In this document: positions 46,301 through 59,369 of the stretch, in pieces
Layout of the letters: each line of letters starts with the position of its first letter
How positions within the stretch are numbered: position 1 is the first letter of the stretch
Source of the DNA: Tubulanus polymorphus
Lineage: Eukaryota > Animalia > Nemertea
DNA: 64,000 nucleotides
Direction: 5' to 3'
NCBI RefSeq assembly: GCF_964204645.1
Contig: NC_134027.1
Coordinates: 8,898,485-8,962,484, forward strand
Program-made: the position numbers and the translations under genes
Notes under the pieces: generated by a model
What the model saw: the letters and a program-made list of their open reading frames with translations, nothing else
The model's database searches: none
Told to the model about the DNA's origin: nothing

Positions 46301-49300
46301 GATATAGATGTAAACTGTTTGATTTCCCTAAATTTTCCCGGATTTTAGCTTTAAAAAAAAAATATTACTGATTATACTGATTATTCCGTGGCTTTTTTTT
46401 AAAAAGAAATTTCCCTGATTTCCAGGTTAAGTGGCCACCTGGTCAAATATAATTATTACCTGCTGTAACATTTGTTTCTGCAACTGCAGTTGCATGTTCC
46501 TGCTTTCCGCTTCGTTGATCGCATTTCTTGTCTCTTGGTCACGAATCAATTTCTAAGAAGAAAAGAAATAATCATAATCTTTATCATTCTGCATTTATTG
46601 CCCGTCGATCGATAAACGACCAACCTTGCTCTGCAATTCATCGTCCAGGCGTTTGAGTTCCAGTTCTTTCTGGCGTTGTTGATGATGCATGAATTTTCGT
46701 CGTGCCGCGTCCAACAGAGTCATCTCCTTCACTTTCATTTCGCGATTCATTGCCTGTAGTCTAAAACAACAACATTTTCTATCATTCAACCCGAAAACCA
46801 AGTCCAAGAATGAAAGACTCCATTAAATGCCGTGATTCCGATCACAAGCCACCTCAGGAGTTTTACCTTTAGCAAAAAATTGTGAGTTTAAACTCGCATT
46901 TATTTGCAAGTAGTGCCTCATGTACCCTCATTAAAAGGCTTTACTGTCTGTCACACTCATTGATACGTGTAAATTTTGTATCTATACTCTAAATAGTTGT
47001 TTATTTCGACTGTGGGCTTATATGCCTTCTGCAGATAGTTCATCATTTTATCTAGTTATCATACATGGTGAGGCTGAAGTGAATCAGCGAAATCGATCGT
47101 GCGTTGGATTACATTATTTTTCAAATGAATTTTGTTTTCGTTGTGGCGTCATCGTTCATTCGACTCTTTTCCAAAAGTTTTACCTTTGTCTTTGCTCAAC
47201 GAGTTTTTCCTCCTCGTCTTTGATCATCAAGCGTCGTTTTTCTTCGGCATCCATCAGCAACTGCTGCTGTCGATACCAAGCCTCCTCCTCATGTCGATGG
47301 TGAATCGTTTCTTGTTGTAGTTGCAGCGACAACTGCCTGAAAGTCACCAATTTTGAATACCGGGTCATAGATTTCATCCGATAAGACCATTATCTAGACT
47401 CCACCATTAAACTTGAAAACAATTACGTTGTCAGAAAAAACGAAAACAACAGACTACAATGATAAAGTTGCCAGCTGATCTTGACTCAAGCAGCGAACTA
47501 CGGAAAGCCCATGCTAATGAGGACGCATTAATCTACAAATTCTGCTACCGAGGTAGGTGGAAAATTGATGACGGAACATATGGTAATATGACCACTCGCA
47601 TTCAGCAATGAAATTATCACATCGCAGAGGGCTCGTTTTGGCTGGATCATTTAGACAAATCATCGGTCCTTTTTCGTAATAAATAAGAAGAAACTTTTTT
47701 GTAGATTGTCAGTTGTTCATGAACTTGGATAGAATAAAAGAAATATCTATCATATTGTGCCTAGAATCAAAGATAAAAAATATGTTGTACCTTTGTTTCA
47801 AATATTCCATTTCCTCTTGGCGTAGTCGCTCTCGTTCTTGTATTTGGTAGTCAACGATGAATTTCGGGTATTTGTTGAATATCGGGTACTGGCCTTTCGT
47901 TAGCGGCTGGAACGGTTCTAACATTCGTTTCGGGTTGATCTCAACTGGCGACGCGGATTCGATGCGATACGCTTCCTTGATAACTTGATTCAGATCGACC
48001 GCGTTTCGATTGTGGAAATAATACTAGAGAACGAGAAAACTATCATTCAGAACAGATTTCCCATACCCTTTAAATCAATATCCAGCCAACTAATTAGACA
48101 AATGAAAGACGATACTGCAATAAATAGGTACAGTATATAATAAATACAATGTCTGTGTCAAAAAATCTTGCTTTGAATATTTTTTTCATGGAATTTATGA
48201 TTCATGATGAAAAAATAAGAAGTATAGAAAATAAGAAGGACCTTGAGACTTCGTCGACAAAATCATGTTCCACAAGACACTTTGGGAAAATAATGAACAA
48301 GAGCACTTCAGGTTAGGCTGTGGGACAATGTAGCTAGAGTTATTAAGTATTTTCTTATGCTATATACGGCGCACACGATTAAGTGTTGTTAATAGCCGTA
48401 CCTTAAAATCATCGATTTCTGTACAGTTCAGAAGAGCACCGCGTGAACAGATAGAGTATGATACGACTGACGTGAGCAGGAATGACGGGTGATTACTGAT
48501 GACGTTGTCCCACATTTTCAACCATTCGTCCTTCGTAAGAACCTCGGAGAACGCCGTTTCCAACAAGGGCCACGCATAAATCTGTAAGAAACGTCTTCAC
48601 GTTGATAGACGAAAGCCAAATTTCAAGTTCATTTCAATTTGTAAAATGACGATCATACCTGAGAGGTGACTTTATATTTGACGAAATGCTGCAACAACTC
48701 TTTATCATGATGGGCGAGCAGGTTTTCCACCATACTCAGCATATTGATTGGTGGGTTTGGGAAATATTCGAACCAATGTTGACACCAATTAACTGCAATA
48801 TACAAGAAATTGCAGCCTTTAACTAACATAGGGATCAGTTCCTCAAAAGTTGGTTAGAGTTAACCAGTGGATAGTTGACATAGTGACAATTAAAAGTTCA
48901 TTGTAACTATGGTATTCATCCGCTGGTTATCTTCAACCAACTATTGAGCACCTGAATTTAAGTAGAAAACTTAGTGGTTCTTTGTCGATATACTTTATTC
49001 CGGTGTCGAGAGACTCACCGAGTATAGAGGCAACAACCTCAAAACAGACAAGCTGATTGTTCTGACACAGTTTCACGAAAGGAAACGCGAACAGCGGTAA
49101 ATACTGCGTCTCACCGAATATCGGAGACCAATGAGCCATGGCTGATAAAGTCCTACAACAGATGAAATAAGATTTGAAAAAATTTTATGATAAAAGTTGA
49201 AAATCCGGGATAGGTGAAAATTGGTATGAAATGCGGCGTTGAATTACCGTTGAAGCACTCGAAGCAATTTGCGACTTTTGATCGGGTATTCTTGGTGAAT

Positions 49301-52300
49301 TTTCGTATACGAGGAATGGGTTCCTTTATCGACGAGTGCGGCGTATGCGGCGTGGTTCTCCGGCAGACGCAGTAAACTACGCCAAATGAACATGCGATAC
49401 TTCACCGGATATTCGCCGTATCCTTTCAAAATTCCGAGCAGACGCTTATGATTCAGTCCGGCGGGTAGCGACTCCTCGGGCTATTGATGAGATAAGAACT
49501 AGACAAGTGTAGTTTACAAATTTAGGAAAATATTGAAATTCTTCGCATTTGTTATTTTCTGCAAGGCTCTTTTGTCATTATATTATCACTTGAATTTGCA
49601 GGTACTTTGCAAAAGAGACTAACTAACCTCTTCAACGGTAAAAACTTGAGGTATTTTAGAAATCAACGGTTTCTTCTGTTCGTCGAGTTCATCATCTTTC
49701 GAACTGACAATCTGCACGAGTGGCGCAGGCGGCTGAAGATAGATTAACATTTCTTCACTAACCAAGTCAGAATGTTCCAGGACCTTGGACAAGTATCTTT
49801 GAGCATAATAACTTTTTCAATTGCTAAATAATCTATTCGTTCCAAAGCACAAACCTTATTAATCTCGGATGTTAGTGCGTGCACTCCGAGCAGATTGATC
49901 GTGCCGTCTTCGATCACGCAGACGACGTACCGTCCGTTCGGGCTGATCGATGCGTTCATGATTCGTTTGTCGATGGATCCAATATCGAACAACAATTTAC
50001 ACGTGACGATATCGATAAACCTCATTATCCCATCCTGGCTAAGGACTCCGAGTACCTTCAAGCAAATATCAGTAACGTTCATGTTCATTTGAGACAAAAA
50101 TCATTTTCTATGTTCAGTGGTAAACCACACAGATCCACATTATTTATGGTACTTGATCATTACTATCAGTCTGCAACAGCAACCAGATATGCTCTCAGGC
50201 CAATTCTACATAATCGTGATTAGTTACCGGCATCATTTTCATTTTACCTGTTTTCCGGGACAGCCGAATAATTCGGGAAGAAATCCCAACTGTTTAACGC
50301 ATTTCACTTTAGCTGGCAGCTGAATGATGTGCTGCATTTGATGAGTTTCTAAGTTCCAGACATGGATAAACTTAGACTTTCCACCAGCAGCTAAAAGTCG
50401 GCCGTCTCTATATGAAAAGAGAATTATTATAGAGAACTCAAGGAAAAGAAAGTCAAATTCAGCGAACATTCAAAACAGCAATAATATGTCACAATCATAA
50501 CCCAGTTTCAGTTATGAATAAATAATGTAAAATAATCTTAGGTATTTATCTTAAAAGGGTAATGGAACGAACCTAGAACAAGCAAAATCCTTGAAGTGCA
50601 CATCACTGTCAGGAACGGGTAACTGGTATTTACAATTCAGCGTTTCTGAATCCCAGCAAAATATTGAAAAGTCCTTGAAACACGTCATTATACTGTTACT
50701 CATTGGCAAAAAGAAAACCTAAAAAATAGGTCATACATATATATTAATTGCCCAGAATTGATATGTACTTGACTGTTTTCCCGAGCGTCATAATCAGGAA
50801 CTTAAGAGATTAAGGAACATGGTTTGTCGTGTCATTTAGATGGCAAGACTCATAATGTGATTCAGTAATACGTTAATACCTTAACAATGCCAACGTTTTC
50901 TTTGATGTTCAATTTTCGTTTACGTTGGAAAGTGTCTAAATCCCACAGCTGGGCCGTATCCGCAGAGCTTGTCAGGGCATAACGTCCCGATGCGTGGACC
51001 GAGATTGTATGTATGGCCGACTCGTGGCCTTTCATCCACGCAATCAATTCCTTTTTCTCTGAAAGTGAAAATAAAACGAGGATAACATCGTCAAATCCAC
51101 TAAATCCATGATCCACCAAATACATAAAGTAGGGTTTTTAAGGAGAGAATTTGAATTTTCACAAAGTGTCCGAATCACTTTCATATCCCAATTACAGTGA
51201 CTTTTCCTAGAAAGGTATTGTGTTTATCTTGGTAAACCATCAATTATGGGGTTTTGCAAGCAAATTCTTATCCTATACACTAACTAAACTCGTTTTCTAA
51301 TTTGGTAACTGCCTACAAAAGAAATCCTGGTCTCAATTGTATGGATTTAGGTGTAGCTGCTGTACGACTTCAAACATTTCTAATTACCTATTTCTCAAAA
51401 TTAAAGGAGTTTTGGGCATTTTGTGCAAACTAAATGAGTTTCATGCACCTTTAAAAGCATTTTCAGCTCAGGAATTTTCAAGGAATCAAGGAGTTGTGGC
51501 AAAGTTTTTCATCGATTCTGTCTTATTCCTTACCTGCGTCAAAACATTTCAGAGTATAATCTGACAGAGCAACGAGAAATTCGTGTCGTCGTCTCAAACT
51601 GAAAGCCAAAGCAGTACATGCCACGCCGGTCTTCTGAACCAGCTCAAATCTGCAAATAAATTCCATGTCAAAACATGTCAGTCACCTAATCGTTGATGGC
51701 AAGCTATTACTCGGATAAGGTTATAGGTGGGCTCTGAAATATCCAACAGGGCGGCCACTCTCTGCCCATTTATAAATTTCTAGGATTAAAATGTTACAGT
51801 TCATTCATCTTTCGTTGAAATCACCAATCAAGACCAATTTGAGGTATGTGTTCAAAAGTTTTAGAGAAATATACCCAAAAAATCGATGTCAGACAAAAAA
51901 TAGACAATAGGCATAGTAACAAGCTACATCAAGAACAGTTCACATGATTTTTATAAGAGAACTCAGGAGGGGCACACAAATACTCTTTTTTTTATAAGAA
52001 GAATGAAAAATTATGACTCAGTATGCAAGAGAATGCCATCTGTTTAGTATTGTTTATTCTATTTACCTATTCCTATTGAGATCGAACTGGTAAATGCTGC
52101 CCTGGTGATCACAAGCAAGAAATGTGTCGCCTTCCGCGTCGAACGCGCTGTGGAGGAATCGAATATTTCTCGACGGGTGCGATAAAGAGCTCGGCACGGT
52201 GTTCGAAATTGTAACAATAATTCTGAAAAACAATCAATTCAAATGAAGGGAATGAGAAAGTGTTGAACGATCGAAAGGCAGACTCTTGAACAAAATAATC

Positions 52301-52409
52301 TTGTTCATTTTCGACAATTTCGTTAATCTCACCCGTCGTAAATTGTTGGGTTCGGTTTTCTGCACCAAATTTTCCCCGTTGTCCTCTTACACAGATCAAC
52401 AGTCTGCAT
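43312..52409 (-). CDS. TBC1D31: TBC1 domain family member 31 (WD40 + Rab-GAP TBC + coiled coil), about 22 exons
   Basis: N-terminus MQTVDLCKRTTGKIWCRKP. WD40 repeats (WMKGHESAIHTISVHASGRYALTSSADTAQLWDLDTFQRKRKLNI). TBC domain (KGYGEYPVKYRMFIWRSLLRLPENH, AHWSPIFGETQYLPLFAFPFVK, PLTKGQYPIFNKYPKFIVDYQ). Coiled-coil exons follow, and the last exon ends ...VRRIREKLARESRPGPR-TGA. Confidence 0.95.
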
Positions 52410-52869
52410 GTTGCCGTTGCATCCGCGGAAATCAGTCTGTTTCAGGGATTAAATGAGTGATTTTCGAAAGTTTCTGCTTTTTAAACTCGGCGGGACTACT
52501 GGATGTTTCACGCGTCTCAGAACCCGGTGGCACCTTTTAAATTCAATTCAATTTAATCATTATTGATCCAAAATCCGGATAGGTCGGATGATATAGCTTA
52601 TTCCATACTATATATCGACCCCGTATAAAGTATTTTTCGGATGATATAACTTATTCCATACTATATATCGACCCCGTATAAACCTAAATCTTTTAACCCC
52701 AAATTCCGACGTTGTATTTCGATACTCAGTAGAGTTTGCGATCCATTGACATTTTGCCACGTCTAGTTTGAAGAAGAATCCCGTAAAATCGCACTGTCAT
52801 TCCTTATACATCGAATCGATATTTAACAGAGTAATACAGAGGAGGTAGCGAACTGACCGAGCAACGAAA
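52410..52869. promoter_or_regulatory. Bidirectional promoter between TBC1D31 and DERL1
   Basis: Divergent start codons are only 460 bp apart. The region contains a 46-bp direct repeat (52584-52629, 52637-52682). Confidence 0.75.
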
Positions 52870-55222
52870 ATGTCGAACGATATCGGTGACTGGTATCGTA
52901 GTATACCGCAAATATCCAAGTACTGGTTCACGGCTTCGATCGTGCTACCCCTCATCGGAAAACTAGGACTCTTAAGCCCGATACATATGATCTTACATTA
53001 CGATTGGTTCATTCATCATTTTCAGGTAGGCCAAGATTGCTTCATTTTTTATACCGGGTAGTTAGGTTTGGGACCGAATTAAGGATATTCGAATGGTCGA
53101 GCGGAGTAAATGCAGGGGCGGATGGGGCCCGGCCCGGTTTTTGTTCCCAAGATAACATTATTGTGTAGTAATTTTGTGTTGGAATGATTCTAAAATATAA
53201 TTACCACATAATAAAAAGTGAGATGATATAACTGCTGTTTTGTCTGAATTATTGTAGACTACTGAGTGTGTAATGCATTTTGAATTCACTGATTTGACTT
53301 TTTTTTATCTTGTAGTTATGGAGACCAGTTACGGCGCTTTTCTATTATCCAATCTCACCGAATACCGGCTTCCACTATCTTATAAATTTATACTTCCTTT
53401 ATTCCTATTCAACACGACTTGAGACTGGTAAGTAGCCTAATCAGTTAAATCCTGCCGGTTTTGAATGTCTATTAATCTGACAGCAAAATGAAGTGTAGAT
53501 TCAATGCATATCATATGATTGTCTAAAAAACCGATGCTTGTTTCTCCTAATCAGCTGTGTTTCATTTTGTAAACTGCAATGAAAGTTCTTATCGGATCTG
53601 TTATTGGTTAGCTTGATCACGATATTAAAAAGTAATGTACAGGGTACCCGGTAGATAAGCTGCCTGGTCAACTTTAAGCTCAGCAGTAAATGAGATACAT
53701 GGTATCAAATTTTTTAGCCGTATAGGCCTACATATGTAATAATCAAATTTTCCATTGTAATTCTTTTTTTCTAGGTGTATTTGATGGTCGACCAGCTGAC
53801 TATCTTTTCATGCTTATTTTCAACTGGATCATCCTAGTTGTATCCTTTTATTTGAATGAATAATTTAGAAAATTCTCTGTACACTGAACATTGTGATATA
53901 TATTTTACAGTAGAATCTGCTTTATTCGGATCTTCGCGATCGAGGAAATTCATCAGTTTTTCAATAGGCCCAGGTCTGAACATCATATTTACATGAATTT
54001 ATGTAGTTTTAATTCATGTATATAGATGTAGGTGGAACCTAAATATTATCTGGATTCAACTGATCCGATTAAGCAGGTTTGACTAGAGCACCAGCGACAT
54101 ACACCCAAATTATTATATTATTTCTGTTAAAGAATCTATATTAACCAAAAAAACTAATTTACATGGAATATCCTTGACGTATTTGTACAGATAATAGGTC
54201 TATTGGCTGAAATTATGGTAAGTAATTCTTAGTTGCTGATGTACATTTCATAGGCCTCAATCAAATATTCTATACCTGTGATCAAAATCATTAAAACATC
54301 TATATCGCTTGATAATTGCAGTTATTGATGGACCCGATGATTCTCAGTGTTTTATATATTTGGTGTCAGCTCAATCGCGATCAAATCGTACAGTTCTGGT
54401 TCGGTACACAGTTCAAGGTAAATTGATGCTAGATCATCGAAACAACGATAGTTTCTACTCTGACAAGCAGCGGAGTCGAACACCGCCTTATTGTTTTTGG
54501 ACACGATGCATGCAGAATATCGATACTGTCGGCTTCTAAGCATTTTCATCGTCCTTATCGTTCTCAATGAAAATCGGCTCGTTTGCGAGGGGAAATAGAC
54601 CATTTTCCTAGGGTGTTTTCCTTACTACAGTGTATTTCAATTGAAACCTTTCTATAAGATAATATATTTAAAGATGAAATTTATGCTGGATCTGTTTGAT
54701 TTAATGGTACGTGATTTGTTTTCAGGCGATGTATCTTCCTTGGGTACTTGTTGGATTTAATATGATCATTCGAGGCGGGTAAGTAAAGTAAAAGTTAAAA
54801 ATTCATATTTGAAGTGATGATATCGGTCACTAGTAAACTGTATGTTTTCATTTGCAAACTTTGAATGTGAACCTTTGATATTTCTGTGGTTTTCAGAGGT
54901 TTGATGGAGCTAATTGGAATTTTTGTCGGCCATTTGTACTTTTTCCTTATGTTCAAGTATCCGATTGATTTTGGCGGCATGCGACTTCTGCATACTCCGC
55001 AAATTCTGTAAGAGCGAATTTCCTAGTAGCAAATTACATCAAGAGAAATAACTTTAGAATCCATCTAATTTTTCCTTCCTAAATTTCAGATACAAATATT
55101 TTCCGAATAGGAGAGGTGGTGTATCCGGGTTCGGGCAAGCGCCAGAGGCCCGTCGCCAGCCCGATGCTGTTGATAATAGGCGACACCGGTGGGGCACTGG
55201 ATTCCAACTAGGCGGAAACTAA
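52870..55222 (+). CDS. DERL1: Derlin-1 (ERAD rhomboid pseudoprotease)
   Basis: Exons 52870-53025, 53316-53427, 53775-53839, 54191-54217, 54322-54417, 54726-54778, 54897-55007 and 55090-55222. Motifs LWRPVTALF, YSTRLETGVFDGRPADYLFML, FWFGTQFKAMYLPWV, GIFVGHLYFFLMFKYP, and a C-terminal p97-binding SHP box RHRWGTGFQLGG. Confidence 0.96.
53840..54190 (+). other. U12-type (minor spliceosome) GT-AG intron in DERL1
   Basis: 5' site GTATCCTTTT and branch site TCCTTGAC (54171-54178) about 12 nt before the CAG, with no polypyrimidine tract. Confidence 0.92.
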
Positions 55223-57166
55223 ATCTCTGATATGAAAAAGAAGAATGTGAAGCCATCTTAACAACCAAATTCAAAACTGTCGAGGATGCTAAACCATTTT
55301 GTAACATTTGGGTGCCACTGCCTACTACTTACTACCAATTTATTTTCACGACCTGCTGTCTTTGACGTTTCTTACTACTGTAAATTGGTGTAGTACATAT
55401 GCCCAGTGAAGTGAGACTTGTGTCTGCACATGTATTATATGACTGCAAAGATTTTGAGTCTTTTTAAGAGCCTAATATTAATTAATTTATGTTTATTCTG
55501 TAATGAGAGTTTGACTTGCACTCTAAAGTTAACAAGTTTATGTAAATCGATGCAAATTATGTCCAGAACGCATTATCCTGATAGGATCCATGAAATAGTT
55601 ATAATCATTGAATATTTACTGTAGATTTCTTATGCCTGGTTTGAACATTAGATTGGGACTATGGTACTACGTATATGTACCGACTGATACCTGGACTACC
55701 AGTAGTTTTCTTCAAAAGATATTTTTGAACTTAATTTGCGTTGCTTTCTTCACGTTGTACATAATTTATTTCTGCGTTGTATGTGAAAAGAAAACGGAAT
55801 GTGTGTGAAAATGATATTTTAAATGAAAATAAATTTGAAATTTATTGTTTAAAACATTTTTTGTTGTAATATTTTTTGTAGAAAATTCATAAAAGATTTT
55901 TTATGAAAACAAGGAATGCATTTTCCAATCGGGGGTTAAGAGTACGTATGATATATTAGAGACACTGGATTAATAGGTTATTATTTTGCAGTACCGGTGG
56001 TATTCAAGCCCGTAGCCAGGATTTTGAAAGGGGTGTTCTTAGATTATAAAAAGGGCACTTTTTCATGTCTGTATCCCATCATATGCTTAAAACCAGAATT
56101 CTGTAGCTATTCCCCACAAACAATAAAAACAACTGAATTTCAGTAGTTTTGGCGAGGTTTAATCTCTGGTTTTAGCGCGGGGCCTTTGGAGCGTTTAACT
56201 ATAACGGATAATCGACTGATATATCTTTAGCAACCGGAATAACGAATGTTGGTTAGGCATTACAACTCCGCTGAGCTCGTCTCCGCTGATCTCCCCTGCC
56301 AGGATTCGACCTCGATTGAAACTCGATACCGACATCGTACATTTTGACATTTTCGCGGTAATCTGAGACACTATCAAAATATCAATATCAAAATGGCGTG
56401 CTCAATTAACGCGAAAAGCAAAAACCTCGCCTAATTTCAAACATAGGCAGCCTCCTTTAAGACCCCATAAATCAGTATTTCAATATTTGGTTAGTATTCG
56501 TATCATTAGTTAAAATGGCGAAAAATATTTCATCTTAGATATTGCGGGTAATCATGTTTCTGAGGTGAATCTAGGCGCACATGGTGAAAATCAGTCAAGC
56601 AAGACAAGTTGAAAAACTTTAAAGGGCCAATGATGAATTGACTGACCAGGGCGGATCCAGGAATTTAGAATACCGAATATGGGGCCCAAAACTTCAAGAG
56701 CTGACGACAGTCATCTGATTTTTCTAGACCATGGGCTTGGGTCTTGCTGTATTGTGGGCCTTATGTTGTTTTGCCTTGTCTTTATGACTTTATTCTGTTT
56801 TTATCCGGTATCAGTTTTAATACTCTCGTTTTAATTTGTAGATCTGTTAAACCATTTTAAAAAGAATTGACATCAGAAACAGTGAAAACAGTGTAAGTTT
56901 ATTTCATCTTTTAAATGTTTTCATCAATTTCAGTAACAGATACAATTCATCTATTCATGTATCTTCATTACTTCCTTTTATATTTGATGTTGAACTCAAA
57001 ACCAAAACCTAAACCGTAGATAGAAAGCCCTGGATAAATGAACTACAGATTGGAGCGAACAATTTAATTAGTAAGTTTGAATTTTGAATTTGATAATTCT
57101 GCAGTTATCTAAGGAAAGAAAACAATCTTTGATGTCTATCATAGTTATCACTACAATGGGAGCTTG

Positions 57167-57427
57167 GATTCAGCAGGACAACAAGGAATCAGTGCGTTAC
57201 AAATAAGACTATCTAGGAATCAGCGCAAGACAACCAGGATCAGTGCTTTACAGTAATACTTTGTCGGAGTCAATACAGGACAAGGAATCAGTACTTTACA
57301 TGACTTTGTTGGATTCAATACAGGACAAACAGTGCGTTACAATCAAACCTTCTTAGATTCTATGCAGGGACATCAGGAATCACTATTTTACATTAAGACT
57401 GTCTTGCAGGACAACAGGATTCACTGA
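57167..57427. repeat. Degenerate ~50-bp minisatellite
   Basis: Five to six diverged units of GGA(A/T)TCA..CAGGACAA..GGAATCAGTGC(G/T)TTACA..GACT. Confidence 0.6.
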
Positions 57428-57960
57428 ATGGAAATTCAAGATAAGTTACAATTATCTCTTAATTTATTGGTTGTTGATTTGATTTTAAGGGACCAGTTTT
57501 ATAGTGTTTGTTATAAACCATGTTTTGAAATGAAATCTCGGCTTTATCAGTTTATTGAATCCATTCAATTGTCTTTATATCAGTGGTGTATATTTGGTGA
57601 GGGATTAGTTCATAGTTGGGATTGTTATTTCAGCCATACATAAAAGAATAAAGCGGGTTTTCAGGTTTTCTAAATTGATACTCAAATGAACATATTTTCA
57701 AGATGAAACTGGTCCCTGATGTCAATAACACAACTGTTATCATCATGTTCCTTCGCCACAATTGGATGTGTTCATAATTTCTCTAGATTACGCTGCTGTA
57801 GATCTCGGACTGTTTGAACGGTTACGGATACATGTCACATTGTGTGCAGTTACAGAGAACAGATCACTGCATTACTTCATCCTGTGATCGAACAGTAATT
57901 TGTTCTCTCATCTTCTCTATTCCCAACTAAAACATCGTAACAGTTCAACTCATCTAACCG

Positions 57961-58443
57961 CGGGGTTCGGGGAGGGTGGTTTGAGGGAGGGTGGGAGGGA
58001 TGGGGTCTGGGAGGGCGGGAGGGAAGGGGTATGGGAGGGTGGGAGGGAAGGGGTCTGGGAGGGAGGGAGGGAAGGGGTCTGGGAGGACAGGAGGGATGGG
58101 GTCTGGGAGGGTGGGTAGGGATGGGGTCTGGGAGGGTGGTGCAGGGATGGGGTCTGGGAGGGGGACGGTGGGGTAGGGATGGGGTCTGGGAGGGTGGGGC
58201 AGGGATAGGGTTAGGATTAGGGAGGGTTGGAGTGGTGGGGTCTAGGAGGGATGGAGTGAGGGAGGGTGGGATGTAGGGGTGGGCTGGGGAGGATGGGTGG
58301 TGGTGGGATGTAGGGATGGGCTGGGGAGGATGGGTGGTGGTAGGACTTTGGGGGAGGGGTGAAGGGTCTATGTGGGTGGTACTGTAGGGTTTAGGGAATA
58401 GGTGGGTGGTAGTGAAGGTTTTAGGTGGGTGGGGATTTAGGGT
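57961..58443 (+). repeat. G-rich low-complexity/tandem tract (24-bp GGGAGGGAAGGGGTCTGGGAGGGT-like units), G-quadruplex-prone
   Basis: Dozens of G3+ runs with short loops, all on the + strand. Confidence 0.9.
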
Positions 58444-58654
58444 CAGGTACAGTCGTGGTAGCTATTTTTAGTCTTGAACTTCAGGATATTTCAGAAAATG
58501 TGTCCCATTTTTTATTGTATTCTAATAACCAATAGGATTAGTACAAAACACCTTAACTTTTAGGCATCATCACACATGACTTGAATACGTAATTTTACAA
58601 TCACTACGCATACAGCAAGCTGGTTAAATGGACTAGTTCCATTAGTTTTACCCG

Positions 58655-58712
58655 TTTTTAGCGCGTAATTGCCTTCTACGAGACCCGGGTTCGATCTCCG
58701 CGGTTAGTGCGC
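58655..58712 (+). mobile_element. tRNA-related SINE head or tRNA pseudogene fragment
   Basis: T-arm/B-box CCCGGGTTCGATCTCCG preceded by GAGAC. No acceptor stem or proper D-arm. Confidence 0.35.
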
Positions 58713-59126
58713 GTAATTTCACTGTCACTTCTCTTAAAATCGTTAAAGAGATAATTGCCCCTGATTTTTGAATGGGCACTTTTCAATTTTCTATGCCGTT
58801 ATTCAAGTTGGCCATGAATGAGTAATTTACTTGAATGATTTTAGAAACTGCTCCCTGTTTGCGATCAAAATATAGCTTAATGAGCAATCGACAATTATTT
58901 ATGTAATAATTGTTGAAAGCTGGTGGTATGCTGCTTCTTTTTGAATACGTTGCCAGCAAGTTGTATTTTACTTTCTTATGTGCTATCATTCGAAATACAG
59001 GTGGCAGATTTGAAGACAAATGTACTGTTTATTTTTAAAGGAGAGCATGGAATGTATTTGTATGAAGTGATTTGTATTGTAATCTATGGAAGCGTTCTGG
59101 GGACGTAATTTATAAATAAAATAAAA

Positions 59127-59369
59127 ATTTTATTTTCAGTTGAGATATATCTCAACATAAAATCGTTTATGATTAATAGATAGTTTTGCTAATTTAGTTA
59201 TTATGAATTCATTTACGATTACTAAAAAGTTTTCCCAATTTTATTTTATTTTCAGTTGAGATGTATCTCAACATAAAATCATTTATGATTAATAGATAGT
59301 TTTGCTAATTTAGTTATTATGAATTCATTTACGATTACTAAAAAGTTTTCCCAATTTTATTTTATTTTC
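59127..59369. repeat. AT-rich tandem duplication, 116-bp period
   Basis: CAGTTGAGAT(A/G)TATCTCAACATAAAATC...AGTTTTCCCAATTTTATTTT at 59137 and 59253. Confidence 0.9.

Noticed and set aside
56625-56720. Box C/D snoRNA (ATGATGA...CTGA) and a 17-mer resembling bacterial 16S rRNA (GAGCTGACGACAGTCAT)
   Set aside because: There is no terminal stem, the interval includes a MITE end, and no convincing rRNA guide is present. The 16S-like match is short, has a mismatch and has no flanking similarity.
57900-58276. Gly-rich ORFs in three frames
   Set aside because: They are translations of the G-rich low-complexity tract.
58600-58712. Functional tRNA gene
   Set aside because: Only the T-arm/B-box is recognisable; no 7-bp acceptor stem, D-arm or clean anticodon arm can be folded.
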